A stretch of DNA of 39,837 nucleotides from Escherichia phage pO103, in the sequence record OR204651.1; one strand, 5' to 3'. The notes below the pieces were generated by a model. It did no database searches. It was not told the origin of the DNA and saw only the letters and a list, made by a program, of their open reading frames with translations. Both the position numbers and the translations under genes were made by a program. Shown piece by piece: positions 19,247 through 28,048 of this stretch. The number at the start of each line of letters is the position of its first letter. The first letter of the stretch is position 1.

Positions 19247-19645
19247 ATGGTTACAGTACATAAGTGCACAGAACGCGCGGCTGCTATTGTCTGGACTGTG
19301 GCGCACTTAGGGTTGCCAGAAGGGTTCACTACGTTAAGCGAGTACGCTGACTACGTGGATGGGCTTATGGATGACGCTGGGTACGAAGAGTTCTACTTTA
19401 AGAACGCCGAGGGTTATCCTGTGGCTTATGTAGCTCTCTGTATCAGCAATGACATACACCATAAGGGTGACATATTGGACATCACCAATATAGTCATTAA
19501 GCCGCGCTCCGGGTGTGCACCTTGTGTCTGGCGCTGGGTGTTAGCTGAGGCGACTCGTAGAGGTTGCCAGTGGGTCTCCCGTTGTGCACATGAACACGAT
19601 GGGTCAATTCGAAACGTATTCAAGAGGATATATAATCATGGGTAA
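19247..19645 (+). CDS. 7: Gene 7 host-range / virion protein
   Basis: 132 aa (T7 gp7 is 133 aa), AGGAGG RBS. Confidence 0.7.
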   Translation: MVTVHKCTERAAAIVWTVAHLGLPEGFTTLSEYADYVDGLMDDAGYEEFYFKNAEGYPVAYVALCISNDIHHKGDILDITNIVIKPRSGCAPCVWRWVLAEATRRGCQWVSRCAHEHDGSIRNVFKRIYNHG

Positions 19646-19928
19646 GAAAATCAAAAAGGCCTTTAAGAAAATCACTAAGCCAGTAGAGAAGGCTGTTAAG
19701 GGTACTGTGGGTGCGTTAGCTGGCGGTGGCGAGCCGGATGTTAAGGTTGTGGAACAAGCTGCTCCAGTAGCTGCACCGCCTCCGGCTCAAATCATCGAAC
19801 CGCCAAGTAAAGACGAAGTGGATACTGATGATGAGGCACAAACCGAATCTGGCAAGAAGAAAGCACGTTCTGGTGGTAAGAAATCCCTGAGTGTCGCTCG
19901 CAGTTCTGGTGGTGGTCTGAATATCTAA
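19638..19928 (+). CDS. 7.3: Gene 7.3 tail/adsorption protein
   Basis: 96 aa from MGKKIKKAFKK; C-terminus GGKKSLSVARSSGGGLNI matches T7 gp7.3. Confidence 0.8.
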   Translation: MGKKIKKAFKKITKPVEKAVKGTVGALAGGGEPDVKVVEQAAPVAAPPPAQIIEPPSKDEVDTDDEAQTESGKKKARSGGKKSLSVARSSGGGLNI

Positions 19929-19943
19929 TTAAGGAGGCACTAA

Positions 19944-21551
19944 ATGGCAAGCTCACAGAAACGTGAAGGCTTCGCGGAGAATGGTGCCAAGGCGGTGTAT
20001 GACTCATTGAAGAACGACCGGAACTCCTATGAGACCCGTGCGGAAAACTGTGCGAAGTACACCATCCCTTCGTTGTTCCCTAAAGACTCCGACAACGCCT
20101 CTACTGATTATACCACTCCGTGGCAAGCAGTTGGTGCTCGTGGTCTGAACAACTTGGCCTCTAAGCTCATGCTCGCTCTGTTCCCTATGCAGACGTGGAT
20201 GAAGCTAACCATATCTGAGTTCGAAGCGAAACAATTGGTTGCACAGCCAGCCGAACTGGCGAAGGTCGAAGAAGGTCTCTCAATGGTCGAGCGAATCTTG
20301 ATGAACTACATCGAGTCAAACTCATACCGTGTGACACTCTTTGAGACCCTCAAGCAGTTGGTCGTTGCAGGTAACGCTCTGCTCTACATTCCTGAGCCTG
20401 AAGGCACTTACAATCCCATGAAGTTATACCGCCTGTCTTCTTATGTTGTCCAACGAGACGCATTCGGCACGGTACTACAGATTGTGACCTTGGATAAGAC
20501 TGCCTATGCAGCACTGCCAGAAGACGTAAGAAACTCTATGGACTCCGGTCAGGAACATAAAGGCGACGAAATGATTGATGTGTACACACACATTTATCTT
20601 GACGAAGAATCTGGTGAGTACCTCAAGTACGAAGAGATTGATGGCGTTGAAATTGATGGCACAGATGCTTCTTATCCGGTGGACGCTTGTCCGTATATCC
20701 CGGTTCGCATGGTGCGCATTGACGGAGAGTCATATGGTCGTTCTTACTGTGAGGAATACTTAGGTGACTTACGGTCCCTTGAGAACCTCCAAGAAGCTAT
20801 CGTTAAGATGTCAATGATTAGCGCTAAAGTTATCGGCTTGGTTAACCCTGCTGGTATCACACAGGTTCGTCGTTTGACCAAAGCACAGACTGGTGACTTC
20901 GTGTCTGGTCGTCCAGAAGACATCTCGTTCCTTCAGCTTGAAAAGGCCGCAGACTTCTCTGTAGCGAAAGCTGTGAGTGAACAGATTGAGGGCCGACTGT
21001 CCTATGCCTTTATGTTGAACTCCGCTGTGCAACGTACTGGTGAGCGTGTGACTGCCGAAGAGATTCGTTATGTCGCATCCGAACTCGAAGATACCCTTGG
21101 TGGTGTCTATTCGATTCTCTCACAGGAACTTCAGTTGCCTATGGTTCGTGTACTGCTGAAGCAACTTCAAGCAACCAATCAGATTCCTGAGTTACCGAAA
21201 GAGGCCGTTGAGCCAACTATCAGTACCGGGATGGAAGCATTGGGTCGCGGTCAAGACCTTGATAAGCTGGAACGTTGTATCGCCGCGTGGTCTGCTCTGG
21301 CTCCTATGCAGCAAGACCCGGACATCAACATTGCGACCATTAAGTTGCGCATTGCGAACGCTATCGGCATTGACACTTCTGGTATCCTTAAGACACCTGA
21401 AGAGAAACAACAGGAGATGGCTGAGGCTGCACAAGGTACTGCACTGGAGAACGCTGCTGCGTCTGCGGGTGCTGGTGCTGGTGCGTTGGCTACTGCAAGT
21501 CCTGAGAATATGCAAGCTGCTGCTGAACAGGCAGGCATGGTTCCAAATTAA
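19944..21551 (+). CDS. 8: Gene 8 head-to-tail connector (portal) protein
   Basis: 535 aa; long stretches identical to recalled T7 gp8. Confidence 0.97.
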   Translation: MASSQKREGFAENGAKAVYDSLKNDRNSYETRAENCAKYTIPSLFPKDSDNASTDYTTPWQAVGARGLNNLASKLMLALFPMQTWMKLTISEFEAKQLVAQPAELAKVEEGLSMVERILMNYIESNSYRVTLFETLKQLVVAGNALLYIPEPEGTYNPMKLYRLSSYVVQRDAFGTVLQIVTLDKTAYAALPEDVRNSMDSGQEHKGDEMIDVYTHIYLDEESGEYLKYEEIDGVEIDGTDASYPVDACPYIPVRMVRIDGESYGRSYCEEYLGDLRSLENLQEAIVKMSMISAKVIGLVNPAGITQVRRLTKAQTGDFVSGRPEDISFLQLEKAADFSVAKAVSEQIEGRLSYAFMLNSAVQRTGERVTAEEIRYVASELEDTLGGVYSILSQELQLPMVRVLLKQLQATNQIPELPKEAVEPTISTGMEALGRGQDLDKLERCIAAWSALAPMQQDPDINIATIKLRIANAIGIDTSGILKTPEEKQQEMAEAAQGTALENAAASAGAGAGALATASPENMQAAAEQAGMVPN

Positions 21552-21571
21552 TACGACTCACTAATGGGAGA
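21549..21571 (+). promoter_or_regulatory. Phage promoter phi9 (TAATACGACTCACTAATGGGAGA)
   Basis: Consensus match. Confidence 0.85.
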
Positions 21572-21620
21572 GACAAACAGTCCTCCCTTTGAGTTCAACT
21601 TTAAGAAGGAGATAACAATT

Positions 21621-22532
21621 ATGGCTGGTGAATCTAACGCTGACGTATACGCATCTTTTGGTGTGAACTCTGCGGTTGTTGGTGGGTCTACTCCTACTGA
21701 CCACGAACAGGCTATGCTTGAACTTGATGTTGCTGCCCGTGATGGTGATGATGCAATCGAGTTAGTTAGCAACGATGACCCGTATGGCAATCCAGACCCA
21801 TTCGGTGAAGAAGATGAGAATCGTACTGAGATTCGTATCTCCACTGATGGTGAACCTGAAGTAACCGAAGAGGGTGAAATTGACTATGAAGGGACCGATG
21901 GAGAAGGCTCCGAAGAGTTTGAACCAGTTGGTGACGTTCCAGATGAACTGAACGAAGCCTCAAGTCAACTCGAAGATCACGAAGCAGGGTTCGAAGAGAT
22001 GGTCAATCAGGCTGCTGAACGTGGTCTGTCCGAAGAAACCATTGTCCGAATCCAACAGGAATACGGAGCGGACGGTCTGTCCGAAGAGTCCTATGAAGAA
22101 CTGGCTAAAGCTGGTTACTCTAAGTCCTTCGTTGACTCCTACATCCGTGGTCAGGAAGCTCTGGTAGAACAGTATGTTCAGTCCGTTATGGAGTACGCTG
22201 GCGGTGAAGCGCAGTTCCAAGCAATCTACAATCACCTCGAAGTGTCCAACCCGGATGCTGCTGAGTCTCTGATTAGTGCCTTGGAGAACCGTGACCTTTC
22301 CACTGTGAAGGCTATCGTGAATCTCGCTGGTGCAAGCCGTGCGAAGACTTTCGGTAAACCCGCTGCCCGTAGTATCTCTAAACGTGCTGTACCTGCTGCA
22401 CCTGTACGCACCAAACAGTCTGGCTTTGAGTCACAGGCTGAGATGATTGCTGCAATGTCCGACCCTCGCTATCGCCACGACAGTAAGTTCCGTGCGGAAG
22501 TTGAGCGCAAGATGATGTACAGTCAGTTCTGA
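21621..22532 (+). CDS. 9: Gene 9 scaffolding protein
   Basis: 303 aa from MAGESNADVYASFGVNSAV; acidic; AAGGAGA RBS. Confidence 0.95.
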   Translation: MAGESNADVYASFGVNSAVVGGSTPTDHEQAMLELDVAARDGDDAIELVSNDDPYGNPDPFGEEDENRTEIRISTDGEPEVTEEGEIDYEGTDGEGSEEFEPVGDVPDELNEASSQLEDHEAGFEEMVNQAAERGLSEETIVRIQQEYGADGLSEESYEELAKAGYSKSFVDSYIRGQEALVEQYVQSVMEYAGGEAQFQAIYNHLEVSNPDAAESLISALENRDLSTVKAIVNLAGASRAKTFGKPAARSISKRAVPAAPVRTKQSGFESQAEMIAAMSDPRYRHDSKFRAEVERKMMYSQF

Positions 22533-22535
22533 AAT

Positions 22536-22558
22536 TAATACGACTCACTATTGGGAGA
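22536..22558 (+). promoter_or_regulatory. Phage promoter phi10 (TAATACGACTCACTATTGGGAGA), with long structured leader before gene 10
   Basis: Consensus match; about 150-nt leader with stem-loops; strong RBS AAGGAGA. Confidence 0.9.
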
Positions 22559-22706
22559 GACTTAGACCCTGCGATGTCTGCGCTCGTAGACCTATCCAGA
22601 TGGGATGTATCTCCCTTTGAGTGATACACAATGAGAACCAACTCGTTTCAAGTAGTACCTCACACATTTAAAACTTTTATCATAAATCAACAGAAGGAGA
22701 TTCAAC

Positions 22707-23750
22707 ATGGCTAACATGACTGGTGGACAACAGATTGGTAAGGATCAAGGTAAAGGCATGAGCGCTGGCGATAAACTGGCTCTGTTCCTGAAGGTCTTCG
22801 GTGGTGAAGTTCTGACTGCATTTACCCGTACCTCCGTAACTATGAACAAACACCTCGTGCGTTCTATTCAGTCCGGTAAGTCCGCGCAGTTCCCTGTGCT
22901 GGGTCGTACCAAAGCTGCTTATCTGCAACCGGGTGAGAACCTCGATGACAAACGTAAAGACATGAAGCACACTGAGAAGACCATTAACATTGATGGTTTG
23001 CTGACTGCTGACGTTCTGATTTACGACATCGAAGACGCAATGAACCACTATGACGTGCGCTCTGAGTATACTGCTCAGTTGGGCGAGTCTCTGGCTCTGG
23101 CTGCTGATGGCGCGGTACTGGCTGAAATGGCTAAACTGTGTAACCTCCCGGCTGCATCCAATGAGAACATCGCCGGTCTTGGTACTGCAAGTGTACTGGA
23201 AGTAGGCACTGCGGCTGACCTACAAGGTGACCAAGTGAAGCTGGGTCAGGCAATCATTGCACAGTTGACTCTGGCTCGTGCTCGTCTGACTAAGAACTAC
23301 GTGCCGTCTGCTGACCGTACCTTCTACACCACTCCGGATAACTACTCCGCGATTCTGGCCGCTCTGATGCCTAACGCTGCCAACTATCAGGCGCTGATTG
23401 ACCCGTCTACTGGTTCTATCCGCAACGTCATGGGCTTTGAAGTAATCGAAGTTCCTCACCTGACTGCTGGTGGTGCTGGTGATGACCGTCCAGAAGAAGG
23501 CACAAGCCCGTCTGGTCAGAAACACGCATTCCCTGTGACTGCTACGGGTGACACTAAGGTTGCTCTGGATACCGTTGTTGGTCTGTTCTGCCACCGCTCT
23601 GCCGTTGGTACTGTGAAGCTGAAAGACATGGCGCTGGAACGTGCTCGTCGTGCTAACTATCAGGCTGACCAGATTATCGCTAAGTACGCTATGGGTCACG
23701 GTGGTCTGCGTCCAGAAGCAGTAGGTGCACTGGTTTTCAAAAAGGCTTAA
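22707..23750 (+). CDS. 10A: Gene 10A major capsid protein
   Basis: 347 aa; MANMTGGQQ.G start and extensive identity to T7 gp10A. Confidence 0.98.
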   Translation: MANMTGGQQIGKDQGKGMSAGDKLALFLKVFGGEVLTAFTRTSVTMNKHLVRSIQSGKSAQFPVLGRTKAAYLQPGENLDDKRKDMKHTEKTINIDGLLTADVLIYDIEDAMNHYDVRSEYTAQLGESLALAADGAVLAEMAKLCNLPAASNENIAGLGTASVLEVGTAADLQGDQVKLGQAIIAQLTLARARLTKNYVPSADRTFYTTPDNYSAILAALMPNAANYQALIDPSTGSIRNVMGFEVIEVPHLTAGGAGDDRPEEGTSPSGQKHAFPVTATGDTKVALDTVVGLFCHRSAVGTVKLKDMALERARRANYQADQIIAKYAMGHGGLRPEAVGALVFKKA

Positions 23751-23875
23751 CTTCTCGCAAACTCGTAGGGGACAATGAGTCCCTTACTGAAGTTGAGCAA
23801 GAGCTAACGCCACAGCAGAAAGCTGCTCGTACCCGTGCTGCTAACAAGGCGGCAAAACTAGCTGCTGAACAGTAA
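22707..23875 (+). CDS. 10B: Gene 10B minor capsid protein produced by programmed -1 frameshift near 23732-23741
   Basis: The -1 frame is open from the 10A C-terminus for about 46 codons to TAA at 23873-23875; slippery G GTT TTC AAA at the 10A end. Confidence 0.6.
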
Positions 23876-23886
23876 TAACTATATGA

Positions 23887-23928
23887 AACCCCTTGGGTGC
23901 CTTTGCGGGTGCTTGAGGGGTTTTTTTT
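23887..23928 (+). terminator. T-phi-like terminator for phage RNAP (CCCCTTGGGTGCCTTTGCGGGTGCTTGAGGGG + T8)
   Basis: Hairpin plus T-run closely resembling T7 T-phi, directly after gene 10. Confidence 0.85.
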
Positions 23929-23956
23929 CAACTCACTAATGGGAGGACATTTAACT

Positions 23957-24547
23957 ATGCGCTCATATGAAACAACGCTTGAGACAGGCGAAGAGTTGTC
24001 GGCTATCAACGACATCTTGGCCTCTATCGGTGAACCTCCAGTATCAACCCTTGAGGGAGATGCCAACGCAGACGTAGCGAACGCTCGACGTATCCTCAAT
24101 AAGATTAACCGTCAGATTCAATCTAAGGGCTGGACGTTCAACATTGAGGAAGGTCAACAGTTGCTACCTGATGTGTTCAACGGATTGATTCCCTACATGT
24201 CTGACTACTTGGCTGTGTTCTCGGATGGCGGTGCCACTGCCTATGTGAACCGTGGTGGTTACGTGTATGACCGGGACAATCGTACCGATGTCTTTAATGA
24301 ACCTATCACAGTGACAATTATCAAACTGCGAGAGTTCTACGAGATGCCTGAATGCTTCCGATACTGGATTGTCACCAAGGCTGCTCGACAGTTTAACAAC
24401 CGATTCTTTGGAGCACCTGAGATTGATGCTGTCTTAGCTGAAGAGGAACAGGAAGCCAAAATGCAGTGCACCGAATACGAGTTAGACTTCGGTAACTTCA
24501 ACATGCTTGACGGTGATGCCTTCACTGGTGGTCTGCTGTCTCGCTAA
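23957..24547 (+). CDS. 11: Gene 11 tail tubular protein A
   Basis: 196 aa from [39 protein letters not shown]; matches T7 gp11. Confidence 0.95.
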   Translation: MRSYETTLETGEELSAINDILASIGEPPVSTLEGDANADVANARRILNKINRQIQSKGWTFNIEEGQQLLPDVFNGLIPYMSDYLAVFSDGGATAYVNRGGYVYDRDNRTDVFNEPITVTIIKLREFYEMPECFRYWIVTKAARQFNNRFFGAPEIDAVLAEEEQEAKMQCTEYELDFGNFNMLDGDAFTGGLLSR

Positions 24548-24572
24548 TCGTAATAACTTAAGGAGGTCTCTA

Positions 24573-26954
24573 ATGGCTCTTATTTCACAATCCGTCAAGA
24601 ACCTGAAAGGCGGTATCAGTCAACAGCCAGACATCTTAAGGTTCCCCGAGCAGGGCGCTGAACAGATTAATGGCTGGTCGTCTGAAACTGAAGGTCTCCA
24701 GAAGAGGCCACCTTTTGTATTCATCAAGACCCTTAGCGACGCTGGTGGTCTAGGGGCTAACCCTCTCGTTCACTTGATTAACCGAGATGAGCATGAGCGT
24801 TACTATGTGGTGTTCACTGGTGGTACTATCAGGGTATTCGACCTTGATGGTAAGGAGTATACGGTTACTGGTGATATGACCTACGTTGGTACTCCAAATC
24901 CACGAGATGACCTCCGTATGGTTACTGTGGCAGACTATACGTTCATCGTTAACCGGAATTGGACCGTTTCTGCTAACACCATTCCAGTATACCCCCTGAA
25001 CCCAAAGGGCGACTGTTTGATTAACATCCGTGGTGGCCAGTATGGGAGAACCTTCCAGATTGGCATTAATGGCGGTGTACATGCATCACTTACTATTGCG
25101 AATGGTAGCGCACCCGAACATGTAAACCAGACAGATGCTCAATGGATTGCTGAACAGTTGGCTGCTCAACTGAGAGCGAATCTTACGCAGCATGGGTGGG
25201 CAGTCGACGTTGGACAGGGCTACATTCACATCAAGAGCACTGGAGGAGGTCAGGTGGATAGTGTATGGACTAAGGATGGTTATGGGAACCAGTTGATGAA
25301 CGCTGTGATACATACTACACAGTCATTCTCTAAGTTACCACTTGAGGCTCCACATGGGTACACTGTGCAAATCGTTGGGGACACCTCTAAGACCTCTGAC
25401 GCATTCTATGTTCAGTACGATGCAGGACGTAAGGTCTGGAAGGAAGTCGTAGGGTGGAACGTACAGTCTGGTATCCATCGACCATCAATGCCACATGCGC
25501 TGATTCGTAAGCCGGATGGGTCGTTCTCTCTTGAGGTTCTTCCTTGGGAGGACCGTAAGTGTGGTGATATGGACACAAACCCGGACCCGTCACTTGTTGG
25601 TCAGAAGATTAACGATGTGTTCTTCTTCAGGAATAGATTAGGGTTCCTCGCTGGTGAGAACATTGTGATGTCCCGTACATCAAAGTATTTCAACCTGTTC
25701 CCGGCTTCGGTGGCTAACCTGTCAGATGATGACCCGATTGACGTAGCGGTGTCTCATAACAGAATCTCTCTACTGAAGTATGCGGTCCCATTCTCCGAAG
25801 AGTTACTCCTTTGGTCCGACCAAGCACAGTTCGTTCTGTCTGCTCAAGGCATCCTCTCACCGAAGACCGTAGAGCTAAACCTCACTACCGAGTTCGATGT
25901 GTCAGACCGAGCGAGACCTTATGGGATTGGTCGTGGTGTATACTTTGCGTCACCCCGCGCCTCATATACGTCACTAAACCGTTACTATGCGGTACAGGAT
26001 GTTAGCTCTGTTAAGTCTGCTGAGGATATGAGTGCGCACGTTCCGAGCTACATTCCGAATGGTGTATTCTCTATTCGTGGGTCAGGTACTGAGAACTTCG
26101 TGTCTGTGTTATCTGCTAATGCTCCTAGCAAGATATTCATCTACAAGTTCCTGTATCTAAACGAAGAGATTGCACAACAGTCATGGTCTCATTGGGAACT
26201 TGGTAGTAACGTAACGGTTCTGGCGTGCGACTCTATCGGGTCCACCATGTACCTTGTGTTACGCAACCAGTCCCACACTTGGATGTGCCGTGCTCACTTT
26301 ACGAAGAACAGCATTGACTTCCTTGAAGAACCTTATCGCATCTACATAGATAACAAGCTGGAGATAACAATTCCCGAAGGCTCATACGATGATGACACAT
26401 ATGAGACTGTTATCTATCCAAGCCACTTCTACGGAATGAAGAACTATCTAGGTAAGTTCTACATTGTGGCGATGGATGGTAAGGTAACAGGGTTTGATGA
26501 GCCTCATGGTGGATGGCCTGATGGTGAACCTCGCTTGACCCTTACTGGGAACCGAGAAGGTGAGACCGTCTACATTGGGCTGGCAATAGACTTCCGCTAC
26601 GTGTTCTCTAAGTTCCTCATCAAGAAGACCGCAGATGATGGGTCAACAGCTACAGAGGATATAGGCCGCTTACAGCTTCGTCGAGCGTGGGTCAACTATG
26701 AGGACTCAGGCGCATTCGTTGTGGAGGTAGAGAATACATCCAGACTGTTCAGCTATGACATGGCAGGTGCCCGTTTGGGTTCCAATGCGCTACGTGCTGG
26801 TGGACTTAACGTTGGTACAGGTCAGTTCCGCTTCCCGGTTGCTGGCAATGCACAGTTGAACGAGGTTCGTATCATCTCCGACCACACTACGCCACTAAAC
26901 GTTATTGGCTGTGGCTGGGAGGGCAACTACCTTCGTCGTACTTCTGGTATCTAA
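24573..26954 (+). CDS. 12: Gene 12 tail tubular protein B
   Basis: 793 aa from MALISQSVKNLKGGISQQPDIL; AAGGAGG RBS. Confidence 0.95.
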   Translation: MALISQSVKNLKGGISQQPDILRFPEQGAEQINGWSSETEGLQKRPPFVFIKTLSDAGGLGANPLVHLINRDEHERYYVVFTGGTIRVFDLDGKEYTVTGDMTYVGTPNPRDDLRMVTVADYTFIVNRNWTVSANTIPVYPLNPKGDCLINIRGGQYGRTFQIGINGGVHASLTIANGSAPEHVNQTDAQWIAEQLAAQLRANLTQHGWAVDVGQGYIHIKSTGGGQVDSVWTKDGYGNQLMNAVIHTTQSFSKLPLEAPHGYTVQIVGDTSKTSDAFYVQYDAGRKVWKEVVGWNVQSGIHRPSMPHALIRKPDGSFSLEVLPWEDRKCGDMDTNPDPSLVGQKINDVFFFRNRLGFLAGENIVMSRTSKYFNLFPASVANLSDDDPIDVAVSHNRISLLKYAVPFSEELLLWSDQAQFVLSAQGILSPKTVELNLTTEFDVSDRARPYGIGRGVYFASPRASYTSLNRYYAVQDVSSVKSAEDMSAHVPSYIPNGVFSIRGSGTENFVSVLSANAPSKIFIYKFLYLNEEIAQQSWSHWELGSNVTVLACDSIGSTMYLVLRNQSHTWMCRAHFTKNSIDFLEEPYRIYIDNKLEITIPEGSYDDDTYETVIYPSHFYGMKNYLGKFYIVAMDGKVTGFDEPHGGWPDGEPRLTLTGNREGETVYIGLAIDFRYVFSKFLIKKTADDGSTATEDIGRLQLRRAWVNYEDSGAFVVEVENTSRLFSYDMAGARLGSNALRAGGLNVGTGQFRFPVAGNAQLNEVRIISDHTTPLNVIGCGWEGNYLRRTSGI

Positions 26955-26982
26955 ACGAAAACACCCCGACTCAATAAGTGAA

Positions 26983-27005
26983 CAATACGACTCACTATTG
27001 GGAAG
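26983..27005 (+). promoter_or_regulatory. Phage promoter phi13 (CAATACGACTCACTATTGGGAAG)
   Basis: Consensus match. Confidence 0.8.
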
Positions 27006-27032
27006 GGGTTTATACTATAGGAGAGAAACTCT

Positions 27033-27446
27033 ATGTTAATAATCAGACCTACCAAAGAAACAGACTTCGAGAGATTCACCCCGTCACCGGAAGACATCGC
27101 TGAGGCACACGCTTATGGGATTGAACCTAGCTTTCCACCAGCCTCTGAGTGTGTCACTATGTCACTTCATGGGATGCCTGTGGCTATCGGTGGTAACTGT
27201 GGGGACCAAGTGTGGTTCGTAACGTCTGCTGAAGTGTGGAAATTGAGTATGAAGACCCGAAGGGAGTTCCGAAAGCTCATTCTGGAATATCGTGATACCA
27301 TGCTCAAACAGTATCCGATTATCTGGAACTACGTTTGGGTCGGCAACAAGTCCCACATTAGGTTCTTGAAGTCAATCGGTGCGGTATTCCACAATGAGTT
27401 TACTGGTGACAGTAATCAATTCCAACTATTCACAATAGGAGGTTAA
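27033..27446 (+). CDS. 13: Gene 13 internal virion protein A
   Basis: 137 aa, T7 gp13 position and size. Confidence 0.85.
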   Translation: MLIIRPTKETDFERFTPSPEDIAEAHAYGIEPSFPPASECVTMSLHGMPVAIGGNCGDQVWFVTSAEVWKLSMKTRREFRKLILEYRDTMLKQYPIIWNYVWVGNKSHIRFLKSIGAVFHNEFTGDSNQFQLFTIGG

Positions 27447-27448
27447 CT

Positions 27449-28042
27449 ATGTGCTGGATGGCTGCAATTCCTATAGCAATGACTGGCACTTCCATGCTTA
27501 TTGGAGGCATACAAGCTAATCAGGCAAAGGCTGCACAGATTGACCAAGGCAGACGACAAAGTTGGCAGATGATTAAGGAGATGAACTATAACGATGCTAA
27601 CCTCAAGTTAGAATCTCGTGACCTCATTGATTCCACTGTCCAAGACTTGACTCAAGCCAACATGAACCGAGTGAGGAACATGGGGACAATCCGAGCGGCT
27701 ATCGGTGAGGGAATGCTTGAAGGTAACTCTATGGAACGTGTAGCTCGCGTTACTGAGGGTGACTTCCTTCGAGAGTCCCAAGGTCTCACTGAGAACTACA
27801 AACGTGACTACAGTGCCATCTTAGGTAAGCGATATGCCAACCGAGAGAACACAGTGAGTCAAATCAATGAAATCAACAAGTCTGCACCTAAGCTGAAAAG
27901 CAAGAAGTCAATACTTCTGGACGCTCTGGTAGCGGCTGGGGCTTCTGCTGGGGCTGCTGCTGCAAGTGGGGCTTTCGATAGCAAGACTCCGAACAAGCCT
28001 GCTCCAATTGTTGCCGCTAAAGGCACTAAGACCGGGAGGTAA
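27449..28042 (+). CDS. 14: Gene 14 internal virion protein B
   Basis: 197 aa, T7 gp14 position and size. Confidence 0.9.
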   Translation: MCWMAAIPIAMTGTSMLIGGIQANQAKAAQIDQGRRQSWQMIKEMNYNDANLKLESRDLIDSTVQDLTQANMNRVRNMGTIRAAIGEGMLEGNSMERVARVTEGDFLRESQGLTENYKRDYSAILGKRYANRENTVSQINEINKSAPKLKSKKSILLDALVAAGASAGAAAASGAFDSKTPNKPAPIVAAKGTKTGR

Positions 28043-28048
28043 GAAATA

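Noticed and set aside
18895-19329. Minus-strand ORF of 144 aa antisense to genes 6.7 and 7
   Set aside because: Antisense to conserved + strand genes; no promoter in that orientation; typical spurious antisense ORF.
21208-21564. Alternative-frame ORFs across the 3-prime end of gene 8
   Set aside because: Low-complexity Leu/Arg-rich translations with no start signals.
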